Assembly (NCBI GenBank): GCA_937873715.1
Contig: CALMYJ010000004.1
Location: 12,722-76,721 of the forward strand
Length of the DNA stretch: 64,000 bases
DNA from: an uncultured Chitinophagaceae bacterium
GTDB taxonomy: Bacteria > Bacteroidota > Bacteroidia > Chitinophagales > Chitinophagaceae
Direction: 5' to 3'
Shown: in pieces, positions 1 to 9,235 of the stretch
How positions within the stretch are numbered: the stretch's first letter is position 1
How the letters are laid out: each line of letters starts with the position of its first letter
Program-made: the position numbers and the translations under genes
Notes under the pieces: model-generated
What the model was told of the DNA's origin: nothing
The model's input: the letters and a program-made list of their open reading frames with translations, nothing else
The model's database searches: none

Positions 1-270
1 GAACTGGTAGCTGCCGCACATGCCGGTTGTTTTACCATGAAACTGAGCTTTGTATTAAATGCTGCCGGCTTTACCGCAGATGCTATAGAAACCAGGTGTG
101 ATATTACACTTGATAATGGCAGCATTACCGAATCGCACTTAAATGTGAAGGCAACAGTGCCGGGTATTGATGCTGAAAAATTTGCCGAATGTGTGGCTGA
201 TGCTAAAGCCAACTGCCCTATTTCAAAATTGTACAACACCAATATTACACACGAAGCAGTACTGGGATAA
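1..270 (+). CDS. osmC: OsmC family peroxiredoxin (5'-truncated by window edge)
   Basis: Frame open from base 1: ELVAAAHAGCFTMKLS...AKANCPISK, containing both conserved OsmC/Ohr cysteines. Confidence 0.9.
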   Translation, partial: ELVAAAHAGCFTMKLSFVLNAAGFTADAIETRCDITLDNGSITESHLNVKATVPGIDAEKFAECVADAKANCPISKLYNTNITHEAVLG

Positions 271-296
271 AAATTGTTGTGAATGTATCAGCACCG

Positions 297-324
297 GGGC
301 CGGACGTATTTGTCCGGCCCTTTT
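297..324 (+). terminator. Rho-independent terminator after osmC
   Basis: gggccggac-gtattt-gtccggccc followed by tttt. Confidence 0.7.
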
Positions 325-349
325 GTTAGCTTTGAATAAAACAAGGGCT

Positions 350-1168
350 ATGTCATTTGAAAACAAAACCATCATCATCACCGGGGCATCAAGGGGTATT
401 GGTAAAGCCATCGGCTTACAGCTGGCCCGGGAGGGTGCCAATATTGTAATTGCCTCAAAAAGTGTGGAAGAAAACCCAAAGCTGGGCGGCACTATTTTTA
501 GTGCCGCCGCCGAAATGGAAGCCGCAGGCGGTAAGGCCTTAGCCGTACAATGCGATATACGCTTTGAGGATCAAATACAGCAGGTAGTGGATAAATCAGT
601 GGAACGTTTTGGCGGTATTGATATGCTGGTAAATAATGCCTCGGCTATCAACCTTAGTGCTACCGAAAAAACAGAACCCAAGCGCTTTGATTTGATGTAC
701 GATATCAATGTTCGGGGCACATTTATGATGAGCAGGGCTTGTATCCCGTATTTGAAAAAATCAACCCAGGCTCATATCCTTAATCTTTCGCCTCCGTTGA
801 ACATGGATATGAAATGGTTTACCAACCACCTTGCCTATACCATTAGCAAGTATAATATGACCATGATAGCCCTTGGCCTTGCCGCAGAACTTAAGCCGTA
901 TCATATTGCCGCCAACAGCATCTGGCCACGCACCACCATTGCCACCGCAGCAGTAAATAATTTACTGGGTGGTGAGGCGCTTATGAAAATGAGCCGCACC
1001 GTAGATATTATGGCCGATGCAGCATATTATATTTTATCTCAGCCACCAGCATCCTGCACGGGCAATAGCTTTATTGATGAACAGGTGCTGGCTACTGCCG
1101 GTATTACAAACCTGGAAAAATATGCCGTAGTGCCGGGCGGCCCGCTGTACAACGATCTTTTTGTGTAA
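350..1168 (+). CDS. Short-chain dehydrogenase/reductase (HSDL2-like SDR)
   Basis: MSFENKTIIITGASRGIG (TGxxxGxG), NNAS, YTISK (YxxxK). Start moved from 167 to 350, downstream of a TAgcTTTG promoter at 327-334. Confidence 0.88.
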   Translation: MSFENKTIIITGASRGIGKAIGLQLAREGANIVIASKSVEENPKLGGTIFSAAAEMEAAGGKALAVQCDIRFEDQIQQVVDKSVERFGGIDMLVNNASAINLSATEKTEPKRFDLMYDINVRGTFMMSRACIPYLKKSTQAHILNLSPPLNMDMKWFTNHLAYTISKYNMTMIALGLAAELKPYHIAANSIWPRTTIATAAVNNLLGGEALMKMSRTVDIMADAAYYILSQPPASCTGNSFIDEQVLATAGITNLEKYAVVPGGPLYNDLFV

Positions 1169-1306
1169 AAAACCTGTTAAGATTTCCCTGCCTTTTGCTG
1201 CTTTTGATGAGCGGTAATCCTTTTTGTAAGGGTACGTTTAGCTTCGTAATGGGATCAAAACTTTAAGTGAGATTTCCGCCAACACCACCAACCAAACAGT
1301 ATAGTC

Positions 1307-3820
1307 ATGAATCATTTTCGGGTGGCGGCATGTATTTGCCTGCTCCTCCTCTCTGCTACAGCCCAATGCCAAACGGTACAGCGGAGTATGCCTGCAGTTC
1401 GTATTAATACGCCTTTAAAAATAGATGGGTTACTCCACGAAGCAGAATGGAAACAGGCTCCTGTAGCGGATAAATTTGTGGCCTTGCGCCCTACCCCCTT
1501 CCGGCCCGAAAATCCTGAAAATGCCACTGAAGTTTATTTACTCTATGATGATGCCGGCATTTATGTTGGGGGATATTTACATGAAAAAATTAAAGACAGT
1601 ATCTCTCACGAACTGATAGGCAGGGATGGCTTTGGTGCCAACGATTTTGTAGGAGTAATATTTGATACCTACTACGATAAACGCAATGGGTTTGAATATT
1701 TTATAACACCACTTGGCGAGCAGATGGATGCCAGGCAGGCCCCTAATCCTGATGGGGAAAGTGAAGATTTTAGCTGGAATGCGGTATGGGAAAGCGCCGC
1801 CAAAATACATGAAGATGGCTGGAGTTTTGAAATGTTTATACCCTATGCCGCCATACGGTTTGGTAAAAATAAAATACAGGACTGGGGACTCAATATTGTA
1901 CGCCGCAGGCAAAAAAGTGGGGAGCAATTATTTTGGCAACCTATAGACCCTACTATTAATGGCTTTCTTACCCAGGAAGGTCTTTTTACCGGCCTTGAAA
2001 ATATTAAGCCCCCCATGCGCCTGCAACTTTCACCTTATTTTTCTGTGTATCAAAATCATGATGGACGGGCACAGGATATACAAAAGAAAAACACTACCAG
2101 TATTAACGGGGGCATGGATATTAAATATGGCCTTAACCAGGCTTTTACGCTGGATATGACGCTGGTACCCGATTTTGGCCAGGTAGTAACCGACAACCGC
2201 ATACTGAACCTGTCGCCTTTTGAACAACGCTTCAACGAAAACCGCACTTTTTTTACAGAAGGGGCAGAGCTGTTTAATAAAGGCAACCTGTTTTACAGCA
2301 GGCGCATTGGCCGTGTAGGGCAAGGGCCCCTAAATTACTGGAACATTGGCGAGGAGGGCACCAAGCTGAACGACGAAGAATATGTGAAGAAAAATCCCCA
2401 GCAGGTAATGCTGATGAATGCCACTAAAATAAGCGGTCGTACACAAAAGGGCCTGGGTATTGGTTTTTTAAATGCCATTACAAAAACCCAACATGCAGTT
2501 ATTGAAAACACCACAACTGGCGGCGAACGAAAAATAGAAACCGACCCACTCACCAATTACAATGTATTTGTACTGGATCAAAACCTGAAAAACAACAGCA
2601 GTATTTCGCTGGTAAATACCAATGTATGGCGCAGTGGTAATGAGTACGATGCCAATGTAACCTCGGGTTTGCTTGATATTTACGACAAAAAGAATACCTG
2701 GAACGTTAATGGCAATTTCAGCATCAGTAATCTTTTTGGAAAATACAACGGCAAAACCACCACCGGCTACGCACATAATATTTATGCCGGTAAAGTAAGT
2801 GGCAACTTCAATTTTCAGCTATGGCAGGAAATTAGTGATGCCCGTTATGATAAAAGCGACCTGGGTTTTTTTACCAACAACAACAGCATGGACCAGGGCA
2901 TTTGGCTGGGGTATAACTGGACCAAACCCACAAGCTGGTACAACCGCTTCAGGCTAAATTATAACCTCTGGTACAGCAGGCTGGTATCACCAATGGATGC
3001 CCTGGGCCGCAAAGAAATGATGTACCAGAATGCTGGTACCAATATTAACGGTAATGCACAACTGAAAAACCTGTGGTGGGTAGGCTTTAATGTAAATGGC
3101 GGGCCGGGCCGCAACGATTTTTACGAACCACGTACCTATGGCCGGGTGTTTAGGGATAAGGGCAGGATAAATATTAACGGCTGGTGGGAAAGTAATTTTG
3201 CAAAAAAAATATCCTGGGGCGGCAGTTTTTCATTTGGTAAGGGTAGTGTGTTCAACAGGCGCATACTGAATGCAGGGCTATTTGGTAAAATACGCTTTAG
3301 CAGCAAGTTTTCGGTAGATCACCAGGTAAATATCGAAGACGTAGATAATCAGGCCGGATACGCAGCCCGAGTTGATGATGTGGTGTATTTTTCCCGCCGC
3401 CATGTAAACGTAACCGAAAATGTATTAACGCTTAAATACAATTTCACCAACAGGATGGGCCTCAACATCCGCACCCGGCACTACTGGAGTAAGGTTGACC
3501 CACAGCAGTTTTACGAGCTGGATAGTTACGGCGATTTAAAAACCCCTACTACAGCATTTACCCGTAATGTGCGGCAGAACTACAATTTCTTCAGCATGGA
3601 TATGGTGTATACCTGGCAGTTTGCACAGGGCAGTTTTATTAATATCGTGTGGAAGGATATTGCCGAAGATTTTAACCGGGAGTTTGAGAAAAATTATTTT
3701 TCCAACTTCAGCCGGATTATTAACGGGCCACAGTTTAGCAGCTTTTCCTTAAGGGTGATTTATTTTCTCGATTACTTAACAGTGAAAAATAAAATCAGGC
3801 AGCGGAGGAGCACTGTATAG
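1307..3820 (+). CDS. DUF5916 outer-membrane protein with N-terminal CBM9-like domain
   Basis: Signal peptide; KIDGLLHEAEW, WNAVWESAA, GWSFEMFIPY, TLVPDFGQV, ERFNENRTFF, LFYSRRIG motifs. Confidence 0.8.
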   Translation: MNHFRVAACICLLLLSATAQCQTVQRSMPAVRINTPLKIDGLLHEAEWKQAPVADKFVALRPTPFRPENPENATEVYLLYDDAGIYVGGYLHEKIKDSISHELIGRDGFGANDFVGVIFDTYYDKRNGFEYFITPLGEQMDARQAPNPDGESEDFSWNAVWESAAKIHEDGWSFEMFIPYAAIRFGKNKIQDWGLNIVRRRQKSGEQLFWQPIDPTINGFLTQEGLFTGLENIKPPMRLQLSPYFSVYQNHDGRAQDIQKKNTTSINGGMDIKYGLNQAFTLDMTLVPDFGQVVTDNRILNLSPFEQRFNENRTFFTEGAELFNKGNLFYSRRIGRVGQGPLNYWNIGEEGTKLNDEEYVKKNPQQVMLMNATKISGRTQKGLGIGFLNAITKTQHAVIENTTTGGERKIETDPLTNYNVFVLDQNLKNNSSISLVNTNVWRSGNEYDANVTSGLLDIYDKKNTWNVNGNFSISNLFGKYNGKTTTGYAHNIYAGKVSGNFNFQLWQEISDARYDKSDLGFFTNNNSMDQGIWLGYNWTKPTSWYNRFRLNYNLWYSRLVSPMDALGRKEMMYQNAGTNINGNAQLKNLWWVGFNVNGGPGRNDFYEPRTYGRVFRDKGRININGWWESNFAKKISWGGSFSFGKGSVFNRRILNAGLFGKIRFSSKFSVDHQVNIEDVDNQAGYAARVDDVVYFSRRHVNVTENVLTLKYNFTNRMGLNIRTRHYWSKVDPQQFYELDSYGDLKTPTTAFTRNVRQNYNFFSMDMVYTWQFAQGSFINIVWKDIAEDFNREFEKNYFSNFSRIINGPQFSSFSLRVIYFLDYLTVKNKIRQRRSTV

Positions 3821-3830
3821 ATTTATTAAG

Positions 3831-4229
3831 TTATAATTTTTTCAATTTTCCTCTAATTGGAACTTCAAATCCAAAGGGCCGCTTTTCAACTTTAGACAAT
3901 TCAACTATTTGCTCCCAGCAGTTGATTAAAAGCTTTACTATTTCCCAATGCTTACTCATTCCTTTAGGTAACTTTATAAAGAAAACTCCAAGAACATATT
4001 CTTCGCAAAGTTGAAACTGCAATTTTGTTCTTGAAATATTTAAATCCCGTGTAATTAGTATCCCATTTGATTTGCCGATAGAAGGTATAATGACTTCATC
4101 AGGGGCACCTTTTCCAAATTTTGTTTTTGTTGAATGTACATATATGTCTTTGAAGTAACCTTTATTTAGAGCATTCAACGCATCAGCAACATACTCAGAT
4201 AAATTTTCATCCAGGTAAATCTCAATCAT
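3831..4229 (-). CDS. PIN-like (VapC45/PIN_10-type) putative toxin
   Basis: IYLDENLS...DE...ILITRD acidic PIN residues; overlaps the upstream DUF433 gene by 4 nt. Confidence 0.7.
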   Translation of the reverse strand: MIEIYLDENLSEYVADALNALNKGYFKDIYVHSTKTKFGKGAPDEVIIPSIGKSNGILITRDLNISRTKLQFQLCEEYVLGVFFIKLPKGMSKHWEIVKLLINCWEQIVELSKVEKRPFGFEVPIRGKLKKL

Positions 4230-4906
4230 GCAGCTTTACTTTTATAGAAATTAATTGCATCATTTACCTGCTTTTCTGTAATATCATATAAAATCCCAAT
4301 AGATTCAACCGGTTCATTACTTTGATACATATAAAAAATACCTTCGGCACTAATATTAGTCCCATTAATAATTGGCTGACCAAATTGGTGATGAGGGTCT
4401 ACTACTACTGAGTTCTGTTTCCCTTTTGGCCAAAAACGACTTGCAAGATTATTTTTATCAAAATCTACATTTTGTGCAAATGTTCTGATAATTTCTGAAA
4501 GATTTATTTGATTACTTCCATCTGCTGAAATAATCAAGTCTTCAAGTTCAAATAAAATTTTTCGACCAGCAATTAATACTTTATATGAGGCAAAAGGGTA
4601 AGGGGTTTCCAATTGTTTACTCATATTTTTTCTTGCTTTCATTATTGATTGGGTAGAAGCGCCGAGCTCTCTCAATAAAAAGCAAGTGTATAGTTCGATT
4701 AAAACATAAAAGTTTACAGCCCTTTGATTGTTGTCTTTTTTCCAGCTATATGTTTCTTTAAATAGTTCTTTACCAAGGCTGTCATCCCAATAATCATTAA
4801 TGTATCTTCTTACCTTTTGCTGTGAGTAGCCTAGAATCTTAGCTATATCAGGTATAGTGTATATGCCTGACCCAATTTGTTTTTTCTTAAAATTCGCAAC
4901 AGACAT
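4226..4906 (-). CDS. HTH + DUF433 putative antitoxin (VapB45-like)
   Basis: N-terminal GIYTIPDIAKILG HTH; C-terminal VVVDPHHQFGQPIINGTNI...YDITEKQVNDAINFY DUF433 pattern. Confidence 0.75.
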   Translation of the reverse strand: MSVANFKKKQIGSGIYTIPDIAKILGYSQQKVRRYINDYWDDSLGKELFKETYSWKKDNNQRAVNFYVLIELYTCFLLRELGASTQSIMKARKNMSKQLETPYPFASYKVLIAGRKILFELEDLIISADGSNQINLSEIIRTFAQNVDFDKNNLASRFWPKGKQNSVVVDPHHQFGQPIINGTNISAEGIFYMYQSNEPVESIGILYDITEKQVNDAINFYKSKAA

Positions 4907-4936
4907 ATGTTTATGTTTTACCCAAGTTACAAAAAA

Positions 4937-6460
4937 TTAAGGGTTTTGTTCAGGCCGCATCATTGGGAAGAACAATACATCCTGTATGGAGGGCTGGTTG
5001 GTAAGCAGCATGCACAGCCTGTCGATACCGATACCAATACCGGAAGTGGGTGGCATGCCGTATTCCAGCGCACGCAAAAAATCATAATCGATAAACATGG
5101 CTTCATCATCGCCACGCTGCATCAGTTCGGCCTGCTCTTCAAAGCGGCGGCGCTGATCGAGTGGGTCGTTCAGTTCGCTGTAAGCATTGGCAATTTCCTT
5201 GCCGTTAATCATCAGCTCAAAGCGCTCTACCAGCCCGGGTTTGCTGCGGTGTTTTTTGGTTAGCGGGCTCATTTCTACCGGGTAATCGATAATAAAAGTG
5301 GGCTGTATATAATTGCCTTCACATTTTTCGCCAAAAATTTCATCAATCAGTTTGCCCTTGCCCCATTTTTCATCGGCATGGATATGCAGTTGCCGGCATA
5401 CTTCCCTGATGCCTGCTTCATCCATTTCGCTGATATCAATACCGGTATGTTCTTTTATGGCATCAAAAATTGAAATGCGTTTGAAAGGGGCTTTAAAAGA
5501 AATTTGCCTATCCCCCACCGTTAGTTCGGTAGTGCCGTGCAGGGCAAGCGCCACTTTTTCAAACAACTGCTCGGTGATTTCCATCATCCAGAAATAATCT
5601 TTATATGCGGTGTACCATTCCAGTATGGTAAATTCAGGGTTGTGGGTACGGTCCATCCCTTCGTTGCGGAAGTTGCGGCTGAACTCATATACCCATTCAA
5701 AACCACCTACAATCAGGCGTTTTAAATACAGTTCGTTGGCAATACGCATATACATGGGAATATCTAACGCATTGTGATGCGTAATAAATGGCCTTGCAGC
5801 CGCACCGCCGGGTATTGCCTGCAGCACCGGGGTATCCACTTCCAAAGCACCCTTTTCATTTAAAAATTCCCGGATGGTATTTACCAGTTTGGTACGTTTT
5901 ACAAAAGTGTCTTTTACGCCGGGGTTTACAATTAAATCGGCATAGCGCTGGCGGTAGCGAAATTCAGGGTCGGTTACTTCATCAAAAGCCTCACCATCTT
6001 TTTCTTTAACTACGGGCAACGGGTGCAGGGCTTTTGTAAGCAGGGTAAATTCTTTTACATGAATGGATGTTTCGCCTGTTTTGGTAGTAAACACGTAGCC
6101 CTTTACACCAATGATGTCGCCAATATCCAGCAGTTTTTTCCACACGGTTTGAAATAGGGATTTGTCTTCGCCGGGGCAAATATCATCCTGCTTGATATAA
6201 ATCTGAATTCTACCCTCACTGTCCTGTATTACGGCAAAATTGGCCTTGCCCATATCCCTTACACTCATAATCCGGCCAGCTATACATACATCAGCAAAAT
6301 CAGCCTTATTCTCTTCTCCTTTATAATTTTCTTTTATGTTTTTCGAAGTTGTATTTACCGGGTATAATGGTGCCGGGTAAGCATCAATACCCAGTTTGTC
6401 GAGTTCGGCTAATTTTTCTCTCCTGATAACTTCCTGCTCCGATAAAGGCTTTGTACTCAT
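4937..6460 (-). CDS. lysS: Lysine--tRNA ligase (class II)
   Basis: OB-fold [58 protein letters not shown]. Confidence 0.98.
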   Translation of the reverse strand: MSTKPLSEQEVIRREKLAELDKLGIDAYPAPLYPVNTTSKNIKENYKGEENKADFADVCIAGRIMSVRDMGKANFAVIQDSEGRIQIYIKQDDICPGEDKSLFQTVWKKLLDIGDIIGVKGYVFTTKTGETSIHVKEFTLLTKALHPLPVVKEKDGEAFDEVTDPEFRYRQRYADLIVNPGVKDTFVKRTKLVNTIREFLNEKGALEVDTPVLQAIPGGAAARPFITHHNALDIPMYMRIANELYLKRLIVGGFEWVYEFSRNFRNEGMDRTHNPEFTILEWYTAYKDYFWMMEITEQLFEKVALALHGTTELTVGDRQISFKAPFKRISIFDAIKEHTGIDISEMDEAGIREVCRQLHIHADEKWGKGKLIDEIFGEKCEGNYIQPTFIIDYPVEMSPLTKKHRSKPGLVERFELMINGKEIANAYSELNDPLDQRRRFEEQAELMQRGDDEAMFIDYDFLRALEYGMPPTSGIGIGIDRLCMLLTNQPSIQDVLFFPMMRPEQNP

Positions 6461-6493
6461 AAACCTGAAGTGTTATTTGTTTATTTTGGGCAG

Positions 6494-6501
6494 CAAAGAT
6501 A
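6494..6501 (-). promoter_or_regulatory. Bacteroidota sigma-A -7 element upstream of lysS
   Basis: Reverse complement is TAtcTTTG, about 35 nt upstream of the start. Confidence 0.6.
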
Positions 6502-6580
6502 CCGGATGCAACGCATTTTTGCTATATGGCCTCTTAGCTATAATTTGCCCGGGTTTATTTACCAGATTGATACATCTATT

Positions 6581-7279
6581 ATGAAAAGAATACTGCTCCT
6601 CCTTACAACAGTTTTTTTGTTTTCCGGTTGCGATATGTTTCAACATTTGCCCACCACACCCGTTGGCGTTACGCAGGCTGAGGCCGGCCAGGGTATTAAA
6701 GAAGCTTTGAGCAATGGCATTGCAGGCGCTGTATTGCAGTTGAATAAAGAAGATGGCTTTTTTAAAAATGCACTTTACAAAGTGTTGCTGCCACCCGAAG
6801 CCCGGAAAATTGAAAATACCCTCCGGGATATTGGTATGGGCAAAATGGTGGACAGGGCTATTCTGCAAATTAACCGTGGTGCAGAGGATGCTGTTGGCTA
6901 TGCCAAACCCATATTTGCTGATGCTATTAAAAGTATGACGATTGAAGATGCCATCGGCCTGGTAAAAAACGGGGATACCAGCGCTACCCATTTTTTCAGG
7001 GTGAAAACAACGGACAAGCTGATGGCGGCTTTTCAGCCGGTAATAAAAGCATCGCTGGATAAGGTGGAAGCTACAAAGTATTATGGTGATGTAATTAATG
7101 CCTACAATAGTTTTCCTACCACTTTCACAAAACTCAATCCTGATTTGCCCTCCTTTGTAACCGGTAAAGCCACCGAAGCTTTGTTTGATTTGATTGCTAA
7201 AGAAGAAGTAAACATCCGTACTAATTTTGCGGCACGTACATCGGATATTTTAAAGAGGGTGTTTGGGCAAAAGTGGTAA
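6581..7279 (+). CDS. DUF4197 family lipoprotein
   Basis: Lipobox LFSGC; GIKEALSNG, NRGAEDAV, IAKEEVNIR, RTSDILKRVFG; start at MKRILL. Confidence 0.85.
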   Translation: MKRILLLLTTVFLFSGCDMFQHLPTTPVGVTQAEAGQGIKEALSNGIAGAVLQLNKEDGFFKNALYKVLLPPEARKIENTLRDIGMGKMVDRAILQINRGAEDAVGYAKPIFADAIKSMTIEDAIGLVKNGDTSATHFFRVKTTDKLMAAFQPVIKASLDKVEATKYYGDVINAYNSFPTTFTKLNPDLPSFVTGKATEALFDLIAKEEVNIRTNFAARTSDILKRVFGQKW

Positions 7280-7288
7280 AGCAATTTG

Positions 7289-7837
7289 CTATTGCCAGAT
7301 ATTTTCCAGCAATACTTCAAATGTGCAGTGGTTATCGGTTGTAAAGCAAAAGGGCTGTTGTGCTGTTAGTGGTTGTAACTGGTATTTATTTTCCTTATCA
7401 AGTGCGTATATTTCAATGGTTTTGTTATCGGCATCAACCATAATGTAATACTGGATTTTAAAAGCCTGGTACAGGTAAAATTTATTGTTCCTGTCTTTCA
7501 TGGCTGTGGATGGAGAGAGTACTTCTACTACAACAGTAGCAGGAAAATCGAGGAAAGGCCTGGTGATTTCCCTGCATACCACAAGGGCATCCGGTTGCAA
7601 TATGGTGCTTTCGTTAATTTTTACATCAATAAAGTCATACACCTTACAATTGTTACAGCCGGATTTTTTTATAGCATCTTTTAATTCATATTTTATATTG
7701 CTGCTTACCCACTGATGCCCGGGTGCAGGTGCCGGGCTCATGGCATAGGGTATGCCTTCTATTAATTCCCAGCGACCCTCCCAGTGTTGCCACTCATCGT
7801 AAGTGTAATGGGGTAATATTTTTATTGCCGATGACAT
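7289..7837 (-). CDS. Uma2 family (PD-(D/E)xK) endonuclease-like protein
   Basis: RWELIEG...MSPAP, QPDALVVC, VEVLSPST...D...K..LY. Confidence 0.9.
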   Translation of the reverse strand: MSSAIKILPHYTYDEWQHWEGRWELIEGIPYAMSPAPAPGHQWVSSNIKYELKDAIKKSGCNNCKVYDFIDVKINESTILQPDALVVCREITRPFLDFPATVVVEVLSPSTAMKDRNNKFYLYQAFKIQYYIMVDADNKTIEIYALDKENKYQLQPLTAQQPFCFTTDNHCTFEVLLENIWQ

Positions 7838-7855
7838 TACTACAAATCTAACTAA

Positions 7856-8743
7856 TTAACCCAAACAAAGGAGCACCTGCCAGGCTGCATTTACATTTCC
7901 ACTATTCAGCAACTCTTTTGCATAAGTGTGCAGTTCCTTCTCCATCTCATTAGGATTGATAGAAAAATACTGGATGATATTCTTAAGTCGGTCATCATCA
8001 AAGGCAGGATCAATAACCGGCATTTCATGTACATTGGCTAACTGCCCCAGGTTGTTGCCGGTAAGTATTGTACTGTTTCGGATGGACGCCGGCAGCATAT
8101 CTATGCCAATACCCAGTTTGGTATTTGGTTTTTCCACTTTAAATAAATTGCTGCTGTTTACTTTGCAATACCAATCGCCGCCCAGCCTTGCAATATGCTG
8201 CAGTTTGGTTTGGTCAATCATGGTTTTATCTTCGTTGAGTACAGCTTCATTAATGTGCATCAGCAACACTTCTGCAATTACTAAGTTGCCGGCACCGCCT
8301 TCAGTACCCAATGGTTTTATTTCAATTACGTTACACTCCATTTGTACGGGGCTTTCTTTTACCCGGGGTGGCTGTATGAGCCGGGAGGGTTCTTTTGTAA
8401 AACCGGCCTTAATAAATTCGTCTATGCCTTTTGGATAGTCGCAACTGCTGAGGCTTACCTGTTGCACCATATTGTAATCGCAAATATTTACCACTACTTC
8501 AGGTACTTCCAAAATATTTTCGAGTGTATGTTTGGTTGTATTATCTCTTACCCTTCTTGCAGGGGAAAAAATAACGATTGGTGGATTAGAAGAAAAAAGA
8601 TTGAAGAAACTAAAGGGGGATAAATTTACGTTTCCATTTTTATCAATAGTGGATGCAAAACAAATTGGCCTTGGGGCAATAGCATGTTGCAGGATGTTTT
8701 GCCGTTCAGCAGGTTTGAGATCTTTTACATTTAGTGCAAGCAT
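7856..8743 (-). CDS. Flavin reductase family protein (DIM6/NTAB)
   Basis: APRPICFASTID, NLSPFSFFN, KHTLENI, PPRVKESPVQMEC, IARLGGDWY. Confidence 0.9.
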   Translation of the reverse strand: MLALNVKDLKPAERQNILQHAIAPRPICFASTIDKNGNVNLSPFSFFNLFSSNPPIVIFSPARRVRDNTTKHTLENILEVPEVVVNICDYNMVQQVSLSSCDYPKGIDEFIKAGFTKEPSRLIQPPRVKESPVQMECNVIEIKPLGTEGGAGNLVIAEVLLMHINEAVLNEDKTMIDQTKLQHIARLGGDWYCKVNSSNLFKVEKPNTKLGIGIDMLPASIRNSTILTGNNLGQLANVHEMPVIDPAFDDDRLKNIIQYFSINPNEMEKELHTYAKELLNSGNVNAAWQVLLCLG

Positions 8744-8752
8744 AAAAATGCA

Positions 8753-8777
8753 GTTATGGGTTGGCGGGTTACGGGTT
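8753..8777. repeat. Left arm of a 25-bp imperfect inverted repeat flanking the four-helix-bundle gene
   Basis: gttatgggttggcgggttacgggtt; 21/25 identical to the reverse complement of 9211-9235. Confidence 0.85.
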
Positions 8778-9170
8778 TTTGTTGTTTGTGGTTTTTGCAG
8801 TTTTATTCCTCATGAGATACCGCATCATACTGCCTATTTGTTTTGCCAGTGATCTTGAATAATCAATCATTTGTTCCACTTCATCTCCAGTTGTGTATTT
8901 TACCCTTTCTGAAAATAGCAGGCAATTTCTTACTTCGCCACAAGAGCCTTTAGAAATACGCAGAAATCTGTAAAAATCATTATTGTTGCTGTACTCAAAT
9001 CCTTCTGCAATATTATTTGAAATAGAAAGTGATGCTCTTTTAATTTGATCTTTAAATGAATAGTCTTTAGCAATTTTTAGATTCGCCTCGCTTAACTCAA
9101 AAACCATAACACCAAGATTCTGGGCCTTTTTCCAGATTTCCAATTCTTCAAATGATTGTATTGTTGCCAT
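8769..9170 (-). CDS. Four helix bundle protein (23S rRNA IVP / TIGR02436-like, Avd-like fold)
   Basis: FEELEIWKKA, DQIKRASLSISNNIAEGFE, FLRISKGSCGEV; AT-rich. Confidence 0.92.
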   Translation of the reverse strand: MATIQSFEELEIWKKAQNLGVMVFELSEANLKIAKDYSFKDQIKRASLSISNNIAEGFEYSNNNDFYRFLRISKGSCGEVRNCLLFSERVKYTTGDEVEQMIDYSRSLAKQIGSMMRYLMRNKTAKTTNNKNP

Positions 9171-9210
9171 AACTAGTACAATTTATAGTTAATGAAATCA
9201 AACATTAGTT

Positions 9211-9235
9211 AACTCATAACCCGTCAACCCGTAAC
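9211..9235. repeat. Right arm of the 25-bp imperfect inverted repeat
   Basis: aactcataacccgtcaacccgtaac; contains the stop codon of the FAH gene. Confidence 0.85.

Noticed and set aside
167-349. Track-predicted long starts for the SDR (also DUF4197, FAH, TIGR02757, AcpH, GH130)
   Set aside because: The extensions overlap neighbouring genes, terminators or promoters; family-typical N-termini begin at the downstream ATGs
3821-4936. IS element or prophage remnant carrying the TA pair
   Set aside because: No transposase or integrase, terminal inverted repeats or convincing target-site duplication were found
8769-9170. Diversity-generating retroelement suggested by the Avd-like gene
   Set aside because: No reverse transcriptase and no TR/VR repeat pair differing at adenines were seen in the window
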